DNA of 63,325 nucleotides, counting the filler, from Collodictyon triciliatum (lineage: Eukaryota): NCBI GenBank assembly GCA_043381765.1. It is 6 parts of 6 records of this genome, joined end to end, with 100 filler letters (N's around TTAATTAATTAA, not from the genome) between each part and the next. Parts side by side here need not be neighbours in the genome. Positions count along the whole stretch, not along the records: positions 35,981 to 51,732 come from JBHJMP010000427.1; positions 51,833 to 58,769 come from JBHJMP010000428.1; positions 58,870 to 63,325 come from JBHJMP010000433.1; 3 more parts are not named here. One strand, written 5' to 3'. Below, one piece after another: positions 51,482 to 63,325 of the stretch. Numbering within the stretch: position 1 is the first letter of the stretch; every line of letters starts with the position of its first letter. The translations under genes and the position numbers were made by a program. The notes under the pieces were generated by a model. It saw nothing but the letters and a program-made list of their open reading frames with translations, was not told the DNA's origin and ran no database searches.

Positions 51482-51732
51482 TTTTCTTTCCACTTTTCTT
51501 TCTCTTTCTCTTTCTCTTTCTCTTCTCTTCTTTCCTTTTTCTTTTTCCTTTTTCTTTTTCCTTTTTCTTTTTCCTTTTTCTTTTTCCTTTTTCCTTTTTC
51601 CTTTTCCCTTTTCCCTTTTCCTTTCCCTTTTCCTTTCTCTTTCTCTTTCTCTTTCTCTTTCTCTTTCTCTTTCTCTTTCTCTTTCTCTTTCTCTTTCTCT
51701 TTCTCTTTCTCTTTCTCTTTCTCTTTCTCTTT
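51482..51732. repeat. Pyrimidine tract and (TTTCTC)n
   Basis: Direct reading. Confidence 0.93.
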
Positions 51733-51832
51733 NNNNNNNNNNNNNNNNNNNNNNNNNNNNNNNNNNNNNNNNNNNNTTAATTAATTAANNNNNNNNNNNN
51801 NNNNNNNNNNNNNNNNNNNNNNNNNNNNNNNN

Positions 51833-51866
<34 letters not shown>

Positions 51867-51979
51867 TTTTTTTTGTTTTTTTTTGTTGTTTTGTTTTCTT
51901 TTTAAAAAAGGGAAATCCCCCCCCCCCCCCCCCACGCAAGAGGCGCAGCAGAGAACACGAGCAGCTTAGAGCCCACGAC

Positions 51980-53810
51980 ATGAACCTGAACTCCACGCGA
52001 GCCGCAGCCCCGCCAGCCTTGGTCACACGCCCACGACGCGGCCGACCGCGCACAAAAGGCGTGCAGCCAAATGCGAGCGAAGCACACACGGCAGCAAACA
52101 CGGAGGCCCAAACGAACCCAGGGATGTTCAATCCGCACACGCGCAGCAAAAATCCGGCGCCAAAGAGACGCCCGCGCCGAAAGTCCAAAGGAACCCACGG
52201 AGAAGACGGGGACGACGACGACGGGGACGACAACGAAAAGGACGCGGATGCTGTGCACGGCGCTCGCTTGATCGACGCAACGAATCCCGCGGGCATGGAA
52301 ATGACCTCCGCAGGCGTTGATCCGCTCGCTTTGCTGCGTAGGAAGCGACGCCGGAAGGCCAACGAGTACGAGGAGGATGAAGAGGATGAGGACGAGGAGG
52401 AGTACGATGAAGAATACGACGAAGAGGATGACGACTTTGAGGAAGCGGGCGATGAAGGCGACGCCGAGGACGAAAATGATGACGAGAACGAGATGGAGAA
52501 TGGGGACGAGAACGGCTTGGCCGATGCAGACAGGCACAAGGCCAAGAAAGCACGCCGCGGCGCAAACGAAAGCGACGAGACAGACGCGTCGGACACAGAC
52601 GACAGCCAAGCCGAGCCGCCCAGCATTGAGCGCCGGTCCACGCGAAAGCTGCGGCCGAGACGCGTAATTCCGGGCGGCCGAGTTGCGCATCGCAGCATAC
52701 CCACCACCGAGACCGAGGGCGATTCGCAGGAGGAGAGACACGACAAAGTCTTGCAGCAGCAGCGCAGCAAAGGCCGCAAAGCAGCAGCGGCTCACGGCGG
52801 CTCAAAGGGATCAGCTACGCGGGGGCGACAAAGGCAGGGAGCCGATGGCGAGCTCATCGGTACCGACATCTTTTATGACGACGTTGATGTGGATGACGAT
52901 GACGACGACGACGATGATGATGATGATCATCATCATGATAATGGCGGTGGTGATGACGGTAACGAGAATGATGCCAATCGTGATGAAGATAGTCGCTCGG
53001 TCAGGTCGAGACAGTCGGCCTCGCGAAACGATGCGTCGATGATGGGGTATCACATGGATCAGAGCCATGGCTCGGCCGCCCGTGATTCCGACGCTGTTGA
53101 TGGGATGCAGCTTGGACAGAGCCTGGCGCATCAGGCTGCGGACGGGAATGACGATATTGATGATGATCAAGATGGAGCACACAACGCACACACCCCACAG
53201 GCTTTGAAGTCGATCCTCACTCCACAGCGGGCACATTCTGCTGGGATTGGGAAGCAAGGGTTTGACGCACTGCAGGATGATTATGATGATAACGATGATT
53301 TGGATCCTGCTGTGGAATCTGCGATGGGTACAAAGGCTCTCGATGGGAGACGCAGTGGACCGCGACGCGTATTGGAGCTCGGCTCAGTTCGCAGGACGCA
53401 TCCGCTTTCCTCCGGTGCTGATACGAGTGTGGACTCGCTGCAGGCGTCCGTCATTATTTCGACCACGGATCAAGGTAGATTGGACATATCGTCCGGTGCT
53501 GTGAGTGTAGGCGATAAGAATATTAGTAACACTGGCTTTGATGGAGGCGATGTGGATGGCGCGTTGAACGTGTCGAGCGTCTCAGTCAATGTCACCGTGA
53601 ATATCAGTGCGGACGGAAATGCAGATAAGGGTGCGTCAGCGGATGAGGTCCGATACAAGAAAGCCAGAAAGGCGCTTTTGCTCTCGTCTTTGCCCTCTGT
53701 TCTTCCATGCAGAGAACGCGAACGGATGGCCATAGAGTCCTTTCTTCGGTCTGCGGTAGATGAAGGAGCCGAAGGGCGCTGCCTATGTAACCACCATATT
53801 GTTCAATCAC

Positions 53811-53906
<96 letters not shown>

Positions 53907-56900
53907 GTCTTTTATCATGGGGATTAGGGGAAACCAAATGCAATTATTTTATTTGGAATATTTGGAAATAAACTTTCTGGCAAAAATTTAAATTGTTATG
54001 AATATAACATGTTTCAGATATATCTGGAGTCCCTGGAACAGGGAAAACAGCCACCGTCTTGGAAGTGGTTCGATCTCTTCAACGCGACCAAGTATGAATT
54101 TATTTAAGTGATGATTTCCCCATCTCAATCTTGATATTTCTAGGATTTTTTTTTTAAAAAAAAAAGTAAATATATGTAACAGATGGAATCGCCATTATAT
54201 ATTCATATTCTCTATCGGCTAATGTACCACTTAGTTTTTTTTTTTTTTGGCATACTGCGTCTATTTCTTAATTTTATTTTTCTTTTCATCCCGTTTTACG
54301 TTTATTTGCTATGTATGCGTGTACTTCCAGGGCTGAGGGATTTATTTACCACTTATAATATTATTCGAAAAAATTATAAAGTTGAAATGTGAGAGAAATG
54401 GTTATCCTAACCAATATTTGAAACAATTAGTCTTTACCCAACTTTCGTCTCCTGGAAATGAATGGAATGAAGCTTGTTGAGCCCACACATGCTTATTCTT
54501 TGCTTTGGAATTTAATTTCAAAAAGGAAGGCCACACCATTGCAGGCACAGAATTACCTAGACCGATACTTTGGTAATTCCGATGAAAATCGACCTGTATG
54601 GTACGCTATCATGTTTAATTAATCCTTAATATTGAATATGAATCATAATTTGGTTGCATAATAATGTTTTTATATAGAAAATTAAAGTAACATCATGATA
54701 TTTTCTCTATTATGGTATCGTTTTCTAACCCGATTGTTATCCAGTGTTGTGATTATCGATGAAATGGACTATCTGGTTACACGCAACCAAAGTGTCTTGT
54801 ACAACTTGTTTGACTGGCCTACAAGAGCTAATTCTGGAATTATTACGATTGGTTTGTTATTATGTTAATTGCTTTCTTTTCCTTCTTATTCAATAGCCAT
54901 TTTGTTATTATTATTATTAATAATTTTATTAATAATTTTATTGTTGTTGTTTTTAAATTATACAGTCTAAATGGACACTTTGCCATTTTCCTCAGGTATT
55001 GCAAACACAATGGACTTACCTGAAAGACTCATGCCCAGAATAGCCAGTCGAATCGGTGACTAAACAATCACAATACTTTAACGAATCTTCTAATAATCAC
55101 ACACCGCCACCTTTGATATTTCAATTCTTAGCTTTCTAAACTCGACATTTTTTCTGTTGATGTACCTCTTACTTAAAGGAAAGCACCGTCTTACATTCCA
55201 CCCATATGACAGACGCCAATTAGAAACCATTATCCAAAGCAGATTGAGGTTTCTATATCTCAATGATTTGTATATAATATGTTTCTTCAAATTTGATAAA
55301 GCAGTCTGCGTACCAAATGTTAAAATCATTCATTAAAGTTTTAGTTTTGATATAATCTAATTATCACATATGTGTAAAAGTGGAATCGATGTTTTCGACC
55401 AAGCTGCCATTGGTCTGTGTGCCGGAAAGGTTGCAGCGATGACCGGCGATGCTCGTCGAGCGTTAGAATTTTGCAGGTGACCATCATTCACCGGACAAAA
55501 CAATAATATGTTTAATTAATATTTCTTCATTTTCTACACCATGTATCTCCTTTTTGTATTTTTGGACGATAATACATTTGTAAACCTAATGTTTATGTAT
55601 CATATTATTCGTTATTGATTAGGAAAGCTATTGAGATTGCTGAGTTTGGTAAGAGGTAAGAGAGATATTTGCTCATACACTATTCTTATTCTTATTCTTG
55701 TTCTTGTTCTTGTTCTTGTTCTTGTTCTTGTTCTTGTTCTTGTTCTTGTTCTTGTTCTTGTTCTTGTTCTTGTTCTTGTTCTTGTTCTTGTTCTTGTTCT
55801 TGTTCTTGTTCTTGTNNNNNNNNNNNNNNNNNNNNNNNNNNNNNNNNNNNNNNNNNNNNNNNNNNNNNNNNNNNNNNNNNNNNNNNNNNNNNNNNNNNNN
55901 NNNNNNNNNNNNNNNTGTTCTTGTTCTTGTTCTTGTTCTTGTTCTTGTTCTTGTTCTTGTTCTTGTTCTTGTTCTTGTTCTTGTTCTTGTTCTTGTTCTT
56001 GTTCTTGTTCTTGTTCTTGTTTTTCTACTCTGACAAAAATTAATGCTTTTCAGCTCGACAGTATCAATGCAGCACGTCGATGCTTGTTTGCGTGCGACCC
56101 TTCAATCCCCTGTTCTCCTGTGCATCAGGGTAAATTAATATTCACCATCGATTTTATCGCCTGAGTAGAATAAAATACGTTTGTAATTTCCAACAATAAT
56201 GAGAAAGTCACTTTGATTTTTTTCTCATCGTATTGATACAAAATAAAGGGGTTATCAAAATATGAAAAACTTTTCTTGTGCTCTGTGATTCTCGAGCTAA
56301 AGCGTTCCGGGACAACCCATGTATCGTTTCGCCGGGTTCGCTGTTTATTCTTTTGTTTACAACAATCTCTAACAAAGTGTTTCGCATTATTGAATATGAA
56401 ATCATCAAAGAACTGATAATTATACTTATCAATCCGCATTTGATGCAAGAACACTCCTCATGGGCACCCACTCAACATCCAAACTATTTTATTTTATTTT
56501 TAAAAAAAAAATACTCATTCCATCTAGGTTGCAAATAGACTTCAAACAATATGCGCCAACAACTCGATATATCCAATCAACACATCGGAGGCATCATCGG
56601 TTCGTGAAACTTAACTATATTTACATATATAACGCCTCCTAATTTTTTCTAATATTTATTTTTGTCAGACCAAGAATGTTCCCCTATATTTTATGTTTTC
56701 TTTTATCAAACTTTCAATAAATCTGTTAAGAACGGACATTTTGACTGCTAAAGTATACAAACCACTAATATTTGCATTGCAGGTATGTGCTAGGTTGGCA
56801 TCGTCCTCTGTTCTGACCACAGACTCGGGTGATGCGGACATTTATCAAAAAATCAGACTCAATCCGGACCCCGCAGATGCATCCGTTATTTTACGCCAAG

Positions 56901-56944
56901 AAGAGCCTTTTGATTTTATTCTGGGTCAAGAGCGTTCGGGCTAG
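51980..56944 (+). CDS. ORC1: Origin recognition complex subunit 1 (AAA+ and winged helix); N-terminus possibly truncated by a gap
   Basis: LPCRERE, Walker A CLYISGVPGTGKTATV, EMNGMKL, Walker B IIDEMDYLVTRNQSVLYNLFDWP, IGIANTMDLPER, RIASR, F-PY, GDARRALEFCR. The G-V-PGTGKT and NLFDWP motifs favour ORC1 over CDC6. Confidence 0.9.
55697..56021. repeat. (TGTTCT)n microsatellite spanning a gap
   Basis: Direct reading; ORC1 intron. Confidence 0.95.
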
Positions 56945-57219
56945 AAGAGGCCAACAAAAGAGTTGTCTCCATTGCCGTTCTTTGCCAGTTATCAGTTATT
57001 CATACCCAACTCTTGATTGCTTCAAGCATGGAATAGGATGTGCTTTTGACATGGAGACAAAGATAAACAGGATACAATACAATATACTTATATCACCTGA
57101 AGTCAGTGTACCAATTTGTTAGATGAATTATAATGATAATGGTAAAAGTTTCAGCATCAAGGTCAAAATATTTGCGCAGATAAGGTATTTACTCCGTGGC
57201 CTGGTTTTTCTTATGTAGA

Positions 57220-57925
57220 TTTTTTTTCCTTTATTCGATCCAAAGTGCTGCAAGGTTATGCCATACAAAGGGGCGAGATGGGTACGAATGATAGAGAGCA
57301 AATACGAGTAGGAGAAGATACTACTGTGGAGAGGCTAGCACTGGAAAGAAGTCAGTGATAGCGAGTTGGTCATGTGGGCGACCCAACTGGTTGATTGGTT
57401 GCGTGGGCAGCAGGGGTTGGATATGCTGTGGGAGATATCTTACGACACATTCCCACATCTCTCTTCGCTTGCGGTCAGAGTAGCAAAGAATGTGGGCGTG
57501 TTTCAGCAGTTTGTCCAGGAAGCTGTATTGCACGAGGCTTTCAAGCCTGTAAACATTGATTTCTCGTTCGGGTGAATCATTGGAGCGAGAGAATGTACGC
57601 ACACTCCATAAGGCCCACAGCATATGTCCCCTTGTGACTGTCCAGAGTATTCTGGAGTCGTGGGTCGTTTGGTATTGTGGGCCAAACAGGATGTCAGACG
57701 CGCTGAGTCGGTTGGGTGCATAATCAAGCTCAGAGAGCATCTTGTGAGTAGATTCTGTCACTTTTTGAGCGAGCACTTTACTAATGGGTGTTCCATAGAG
57801 TCATCTCCATTGTGGCACATGGTGCATTCTGGAGAGGTCGTTGTTGCATGAACTATGCGCGCACCCATCCACAGCTCTCTGTAGATATTGAGCAGTACAC
57901 CATATTTGATTCTGGTCTGTGATTA
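57220..57925 (-). mobile_element. 5'-truncated, frameshifted non-LTR retrotransposon (LINE, L1/Tx1-like) 3' remnant
   Basis: A CCHC zinc knuckle CTMCHNGDDSMEHPLVKC (57826-57773) is followed by a frameshift into LAQKV...DILFG...LWALWSVR, typical of the post-RT ORF2 C-terminus. No introns; AATAAA (57235-57230) is followed by A8. Confidence 0.7.
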
Positions 57926-58500
57926 AGTACCAGCAAAGGAGTGCAGGCTATATCACCCATGAATTTAGAGTGCCTTCTAGATGCAGACGAAAGTCGAAAG
58001 CATCTCCTTATCTTGCACAATCGTTCCAACGAACTTCAGGTACTTGCCATATGAACTCTAAGCATCAAAAAGACACCTTCATGAAGTGTATGAAAAGGAC
58101 AAGAGGTAGTGGTTCACACTAACCCAAAAAAAAAAAAAACTGGAATAAATACAGGTGATTGTAGGGGAAAAAATATAGAGCGATGAAGTCGACTGTCCCT
58201 CAACCTAAGGATTTCTGGCAGAGCATCGAGGCCAAGAGTTTCATAATCCTCTATCAAAACAAATTAACCCCACCAACCTCATCTCAATCATGCAAATTAA
58301 GTGAAAGGAGACCATTAAAAAAAATAAATTAATAAACGTAAAGATAAGAATACAAGAGTACTACACGCTCCAGCGAGTACATCACTAGCGAAAAGAGTCA
58401 GTACAAGCATAGGTCAACAATCTCGCCCGTAATCGGGAGAGGTTGCGCAGTTTCCTGGTTACATATTTGTTCAGAAGGGATGTGACCGTCGTCGGCGATT

Positions 58501-58912
58501 ATGGATGCAACATATGCAGATGGCACTAGGCTTCGTGTTGGGCAAAATCTATCTGTACTATATGTGAGGGAAGAGTAATAACACAATCCACAGGGGCTGT
58601 GTTTTTATTCAGAGCAACCAGTTGACATTTGATAGCACTTCATCATATTTGTCTGTCTCCTTGTACGTCTGTCTTTTAATACCCTTTCATTCGTCATCGC
58701 ATATCCGCGTTGCTGGCTGCATGTACTTTATTATTTTACTTGGAGTTGAGTTCTCCAATGACCTTGTGTNNNNNNNNNNNNNNNNNNNNNNNNNNNNNNN
58801 NNNNNNNNNNNNNTTAATTAATTAANNNNNNNNNNNNNNNNNNNNNNNNNNNNNNNNNNNNNNNNNNNNTTTAGTTTTTTTTTTGTGTTTGGGTGGGGAA
58901 AGCTTTATCCCC

Positions 58913-58950
<38 letters not shown>

Positions 58951-61900
58951 CATTGGAGTGCGATTATTTGATCTGAAATGTCATCTGGGCTTGGGTCGGA
59001 TTATATTTGAAAAAAAAAATTGAAAGTAATTCACATCTCGAATCAGTTCTGTGCTCCATATCTGTTCATCGCGACGGTAGATGTTGTCTATTGTTATTTA
59101 ATTGACTCAGATAGACTCAACTGTACATTAGAAGGTCATCAATACCCTATCAGAGGTATATTTCAATTCAAATTTTCTCTAAAATACTCGACATGCGGCT
59201 CATATTCCTAGACATTCAATTCTTTGTATTCTTAACATGAAATAATCTGGTAAATGAAAATGATTTACCACTTTAACTATTCAATAGCACTATCGTCCAA
59301 GAAATTCTATCGAAATGAAACAACCACATGTGTTTTATTGACCACAGTGGATAGCATCGGTACAATAAAGGTCAATATATTTAGTCCACGTCAGCTGTTA
59401 AGTGCTTTTCGTGACTCATGTTGAAAACACAATCGTACTTGACAACTTTAAATGCGACTATAATTCAAACAAATTGCATTATAGATTATTACATTATGTA
59501 TTTCTGTGACATATCAAATATGTTTGATAAAAATACGTTCATTAGGTATGGGATGTTGATTTGAAACACTGCATAATTAATGCCCCTCATCGGTACAACT
59601 GGGGAGGATTGTATTACCCTCTGGAAGAACATTCTCTGTTTCCTGTATAATTTCCATATTTTTTTGATCTACAATATACATTTCAACCTATGCAAGAAAA
59701 GAGACCTTGGAGAACTCATTCATACGCTCATAACGCTCAGTTTCTATGGTAACTCGGTTTACTTTTATCAAGCTTAACAAATTATATTTTTCTTCTCACC
59801 CACTGGATATAGTTAATTTGCGATTTCGATCCAACTGCAGTCTTGGTCTGTGGGGGGAAATACTATCATAATGTGACCGTTCTGCAGAGCAGGGAAATCC
59901 AGAAAAAGAAAACAGTAAGACTATTTATGTCTTGACGATATGAATCCTGTAATGAGCTGAATCGAATAATCAATAAATGAATCGCTACTCATATTGAATA
60001 ATTGAGATGAAAAGAGAGTATAAATTGTTCGAGCAGTCCCAATTTTATCATATACTCAACTTTCATCCTTTGACTGTTCTAAGAGAAAAAAAAACCTATT
60101 CAATCTCTTTCTTTTACATTTATCTTATGATTAATTTTTTAATGCTATTTTGTAGATTCTACAAAAATACCTTGGTGAAACAGCTGAGAGCTATCACAAC
60201 TCTCTTTCTTTTTTGAGGACTACCAGCTCCATCCTCCTTTTCATATTTGTTATTCTATTTCAATGGAAATTGGATGGGCAGACAGACACTTCATTCATAG
60301 GAATAGCAATTGTATTTTGGTCTTTCTGTGGATGTCTTGGAATCGATTGGGTTCTCCCTATTTCCAATGAAGAGCCGCCAGAACACTACTCGGCCATGTA
60401 CGGGCTTCTAAAGGTATATTTTTCATTCTTTTTTTAATAAAAAAAAAATGAAATAAAAAAAATTCAACAATCATAAGATTAATCAAATTATAATGGGATG
60501 GGTTCGATCTTGAATAACCCTGCTACTCTGAGTTGATAAGTTGCCTCGTCGCAAAAACTATGAAAACCTATTAGCAAAAGAAAATAATATTATAACTAAT
60601 GAGTTTAAAGAAATATAATTGATTTCTTTTCAGAGATTTTCAGAGCGCACTATAATCGCTTCGTCCTTTTTAGCATTTTTCAGTAATTTTGCTAACCCGT
60701 TTTTTTTTTCTAATTTTTTTCCTTTCTCTCTCTTCTCTCCTCTCTCTGGTNNNNNNNNNNNNNNNNNNNNNNNNNNNNNNNNNNNNNNNNNNNNNNNNNN
60801 NNNNNNNNNNNNNNNNNNNNNNNNNNNNNNNNNNNNNNNNNNNNNNNNNNTTTTTTATTTTTTTTTTCCCCTTTTTTTTTTTTTTTTTTTTTTTTTTTCT
60901 CCTCTTCTTCCCCTTCTCTCTTCTTCCCCCCCCCCCCCCCCCCCCTCTTTCTTTATTTTTCCCTTCATATATCCTATTATTGAACTTACATCACGCAGGA
61001 TATATATTACAGCTCTAAATTCCCAGACTTTGTATATTTTTGCATCCAACTATTTGTATTTCCTTTGCTTTTGTCTCTGAAAGCAGATGAATACCTCCCT
61101 GTGGAGTGTTCATGGGCTGTCACGTTTATCCCAACGCACATTTCGATGGTATATGCTACATATGCCTTTTACATGAAAATGAAGTCTGTTCATATTTCCG
61201 GGTAAGCAGATTCCAAATAAATAAATACTGTCCCATTATACCTCCATTTATTTTATTTTTACTCTGTACATTATATTTCCACAAGTACCTGTAAGTAAGC
61301 CGAAGCAACATGTAATTATAATTTAATGAATTCAACATGCGTGCATTTCTCTTGATATTTTATAGAGATCAATGCTCGGGATATTCTCTGCAGAACCTTG
61401 AATACCGAATGTTTGTTGGGCACTTGTTCTTCTTTCTGCTGGCGATGGAGATTGAAGCATGCCTGATTTCATTCAGCGCAGATGGGATCATCCGGATTGA
61501 CCCATTCTTTATGCTGCTGCCTCTTATTCTTTTCCACGCTTCTGCCTTGCTGTTCCTACTATTTTTCATCTTTATTATCACCGTGGAAATATGGAACCAG
61601 CACCGACCGGCCCGCGCTCGAATTCTGCAAGGAATCCACATCATCTGTGGCTCATATCCAACCGAGATGCTCTATGTCAGTCTGTTCATGTCGATATTTA
61701 CCATGTTCATCTTCATAAGTACTGGCGCTTCTGTCATTTTGCTGGCAGGTTGGGTTTTTTATAAGAAAAAAAAAAGGAAAAAAGGAAAAAAGGAAAAAAG
61801 AAAAAAAAGAAGAAAAAACAACATGTTCAGAAGTTATCACCATGATATTGTCTGATATTCTTGCCTCACTTTTTTTTTTGATTGGCCAATCCTTACTTAC

Positions 61901-62240
61901 CTTCTTGTCTTTGGTGCAGTTAATCTAAAAATGGGTAAAGAAAGCATCAGTTACGGCTGGATACTCAGCCCCTTCTACTTCCACAGCGCATGCTGGATTC
62001 TTTGGGAGGTAATCGTCATCCTTTTTTTTTTTTTTGTTGTTAATTCGTTCATATCTGAGTATCACATCACATCACCATAAATGCGTGCACAATCCACTTG
62101 TAAATCCTTTTTTTTTTTCTTTCAACCGACGCATACAACAGCTGCGAGTACTTGCGCGTGACCTTGGGAAAAAGTTTCAATTCAACCTCGTCCGTGATGT
62201 GCTCTTTTCGCCAGACTCACCCGTGCCCGATTTCCCGTAA
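58501..62240 (+). CDS. Multi-exon protein with a WD40-like N-terminal part and a multi-TM C-terminal part (TMEM185/TMEM60-like)
   Basis: TLEGHQYPIR and TVDSIGTIK|VWDVD are WD-like. Hydrophobic exons include FVILFQWKLDG and VILLA|VNLK..WILSPFY. The start at 58501 lies across an assembly linker and is tentative. Confidence 0.55.
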
Positions 62241-62700
62241 ATGGTGAATGCTGTCGGGCTCGTCACACAGTTCTCCTCCTTCCCACTTCCCTTCCCTTTG
62301 ATTCGCCATTCCTTTTTAATACCTTCTCAGTATAGACATGATTTATAGCATAAACTTGCAGCAATATAGCCAGGCATCAGTGAGCTGCTCAGCAACGCAA
62401 CTCATTTATACACTTCCCCTTCATCATCAATCGGTATTGTCCCAAATACTCTGCAAGTACCGCTATTTTTTTTTTTATTCAATTTAATAAAGTTACAGAG
62501 TAAGCAATCAATAAGCGACAACGACAAGATATCCAATACAGACATCCCCACATAATCCAGGTAAAGAAAAAGACAAAAGAATCACATCATAAATAGATAA
62601 ATAAATAATAAAAGAAAGAGAGATAGAGAGGGAAAATAGAACCATGTATTGATAAAAAAAAAAACTGAGCCTGAATTTGCATGTGTTTATGTGAGTATGT

Positions 62701-63210
62701 TTACGCATGAGAACGAACGGCAAAAGCAGTTCCCCACAGAAACAGCGACAAAGGACTCAGCCCTTTCTGGCGTGGAGGGTGGTTTGGCGGACATGCTCTG
62801 CCTTCAACGGGATGGACTTTGTTGCCTTCATGACTCGCGACTCTGTCATATTCTGCGGCAGAAATGAATAGATCAATAAATAAAACACCACAAACAACGA
62901 ATAAAGCAAGGAAATAAAAGTGCATCGCAAACATAAAGTGGCGCCCACATCAAAAGGCAAAAAACAACAAACAAAAAACAAAAAACAACAAACAACAAAC
63001 AACAAACAACAAACAACAAACAACAAACAACAAACAACAAACAAAACAAATTAACACAAGACACAAGTCACACGCCGAACGCAAGAGCAGAGGGACGCAA
63101 CGGCGACCGCGTCATAAAGGTTGGCCCACCCTGCCAAAGTTCGACAAGACTTGGACGCACGACTCGAAACGGCTTCCGAGCAAACGCGGGGAAATGGCTT
63201 TGATGAGGCC
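62701..63210 (-). CDS. Possible 3' exons of a gene extending beyond the window
   Basis: Two GC-richer blocks follow acceptor-like sites (caatag ~63210, ccgcag ~62860) and are flanked by microsatellites. The frame is ambiguous and no domain is recognised. Confidence 0.3.
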
Positions 63211-63231
63211 TATTGTAATCACACACACAAA

Positions 63232-63325
63232 CATACATACATACATACATACATACATACATACATACATACATACATACATACATACATACATACATAC
63301 ATACATACATACATACATACATACA
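63232..63325. repeat. (ATAC)n microsatellite
   Basis: Direct reading. Confidence 0.95.

Noticed and set aside
51781..53257. Long antisense ORFs (332, 297, 225 and 148 aa) opposite ORC1
   Set aside because: Shadow ORFs expected from a GC-rich, low-complexity coding exon.

Overview
This is eukaryotic nuclear DNA from an AT-rich, very intron-dense, microsatellite-rich draft assembly, probably a protist; the organism cannot be named from the sequence. Most ORFs in the supplied track are artefacts of repeats, N gaps or single exons. Manual splicing gives these genes in order: the last exon of a carboxypeptidase-regulatory-like gene (+); PRP40 (-); an intronless 932-aa membrane protein built from two tandem ~6-TM modules (-); TARBP1/Trm3 RNA 2'-O-methyltransferase (-); a WD40 protein (-); a small orphan gene (+); AP-4 epsilon adaptin (+); SGT1 (+); ORC6 (-); transketolase (+); ORC1 (+); a frameshifted 3' LINE fragment (-); and a WD40-like plus multi-TM gene (+). 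Five N-flanked TTAATTAATTAA linkers are assembly joins. I see no convincing multi-gene novel system. The best leads are the duplicated intronless membrane protein, a compact multi-hairpin element between ORC6 and transketolase, ~10 introns per kb with degenerate splice signals (including a GC-AG intron), and an ORC1 with an AT-hook and acidic N-terminus. All exon models were read by eye and boundaries are approximate.
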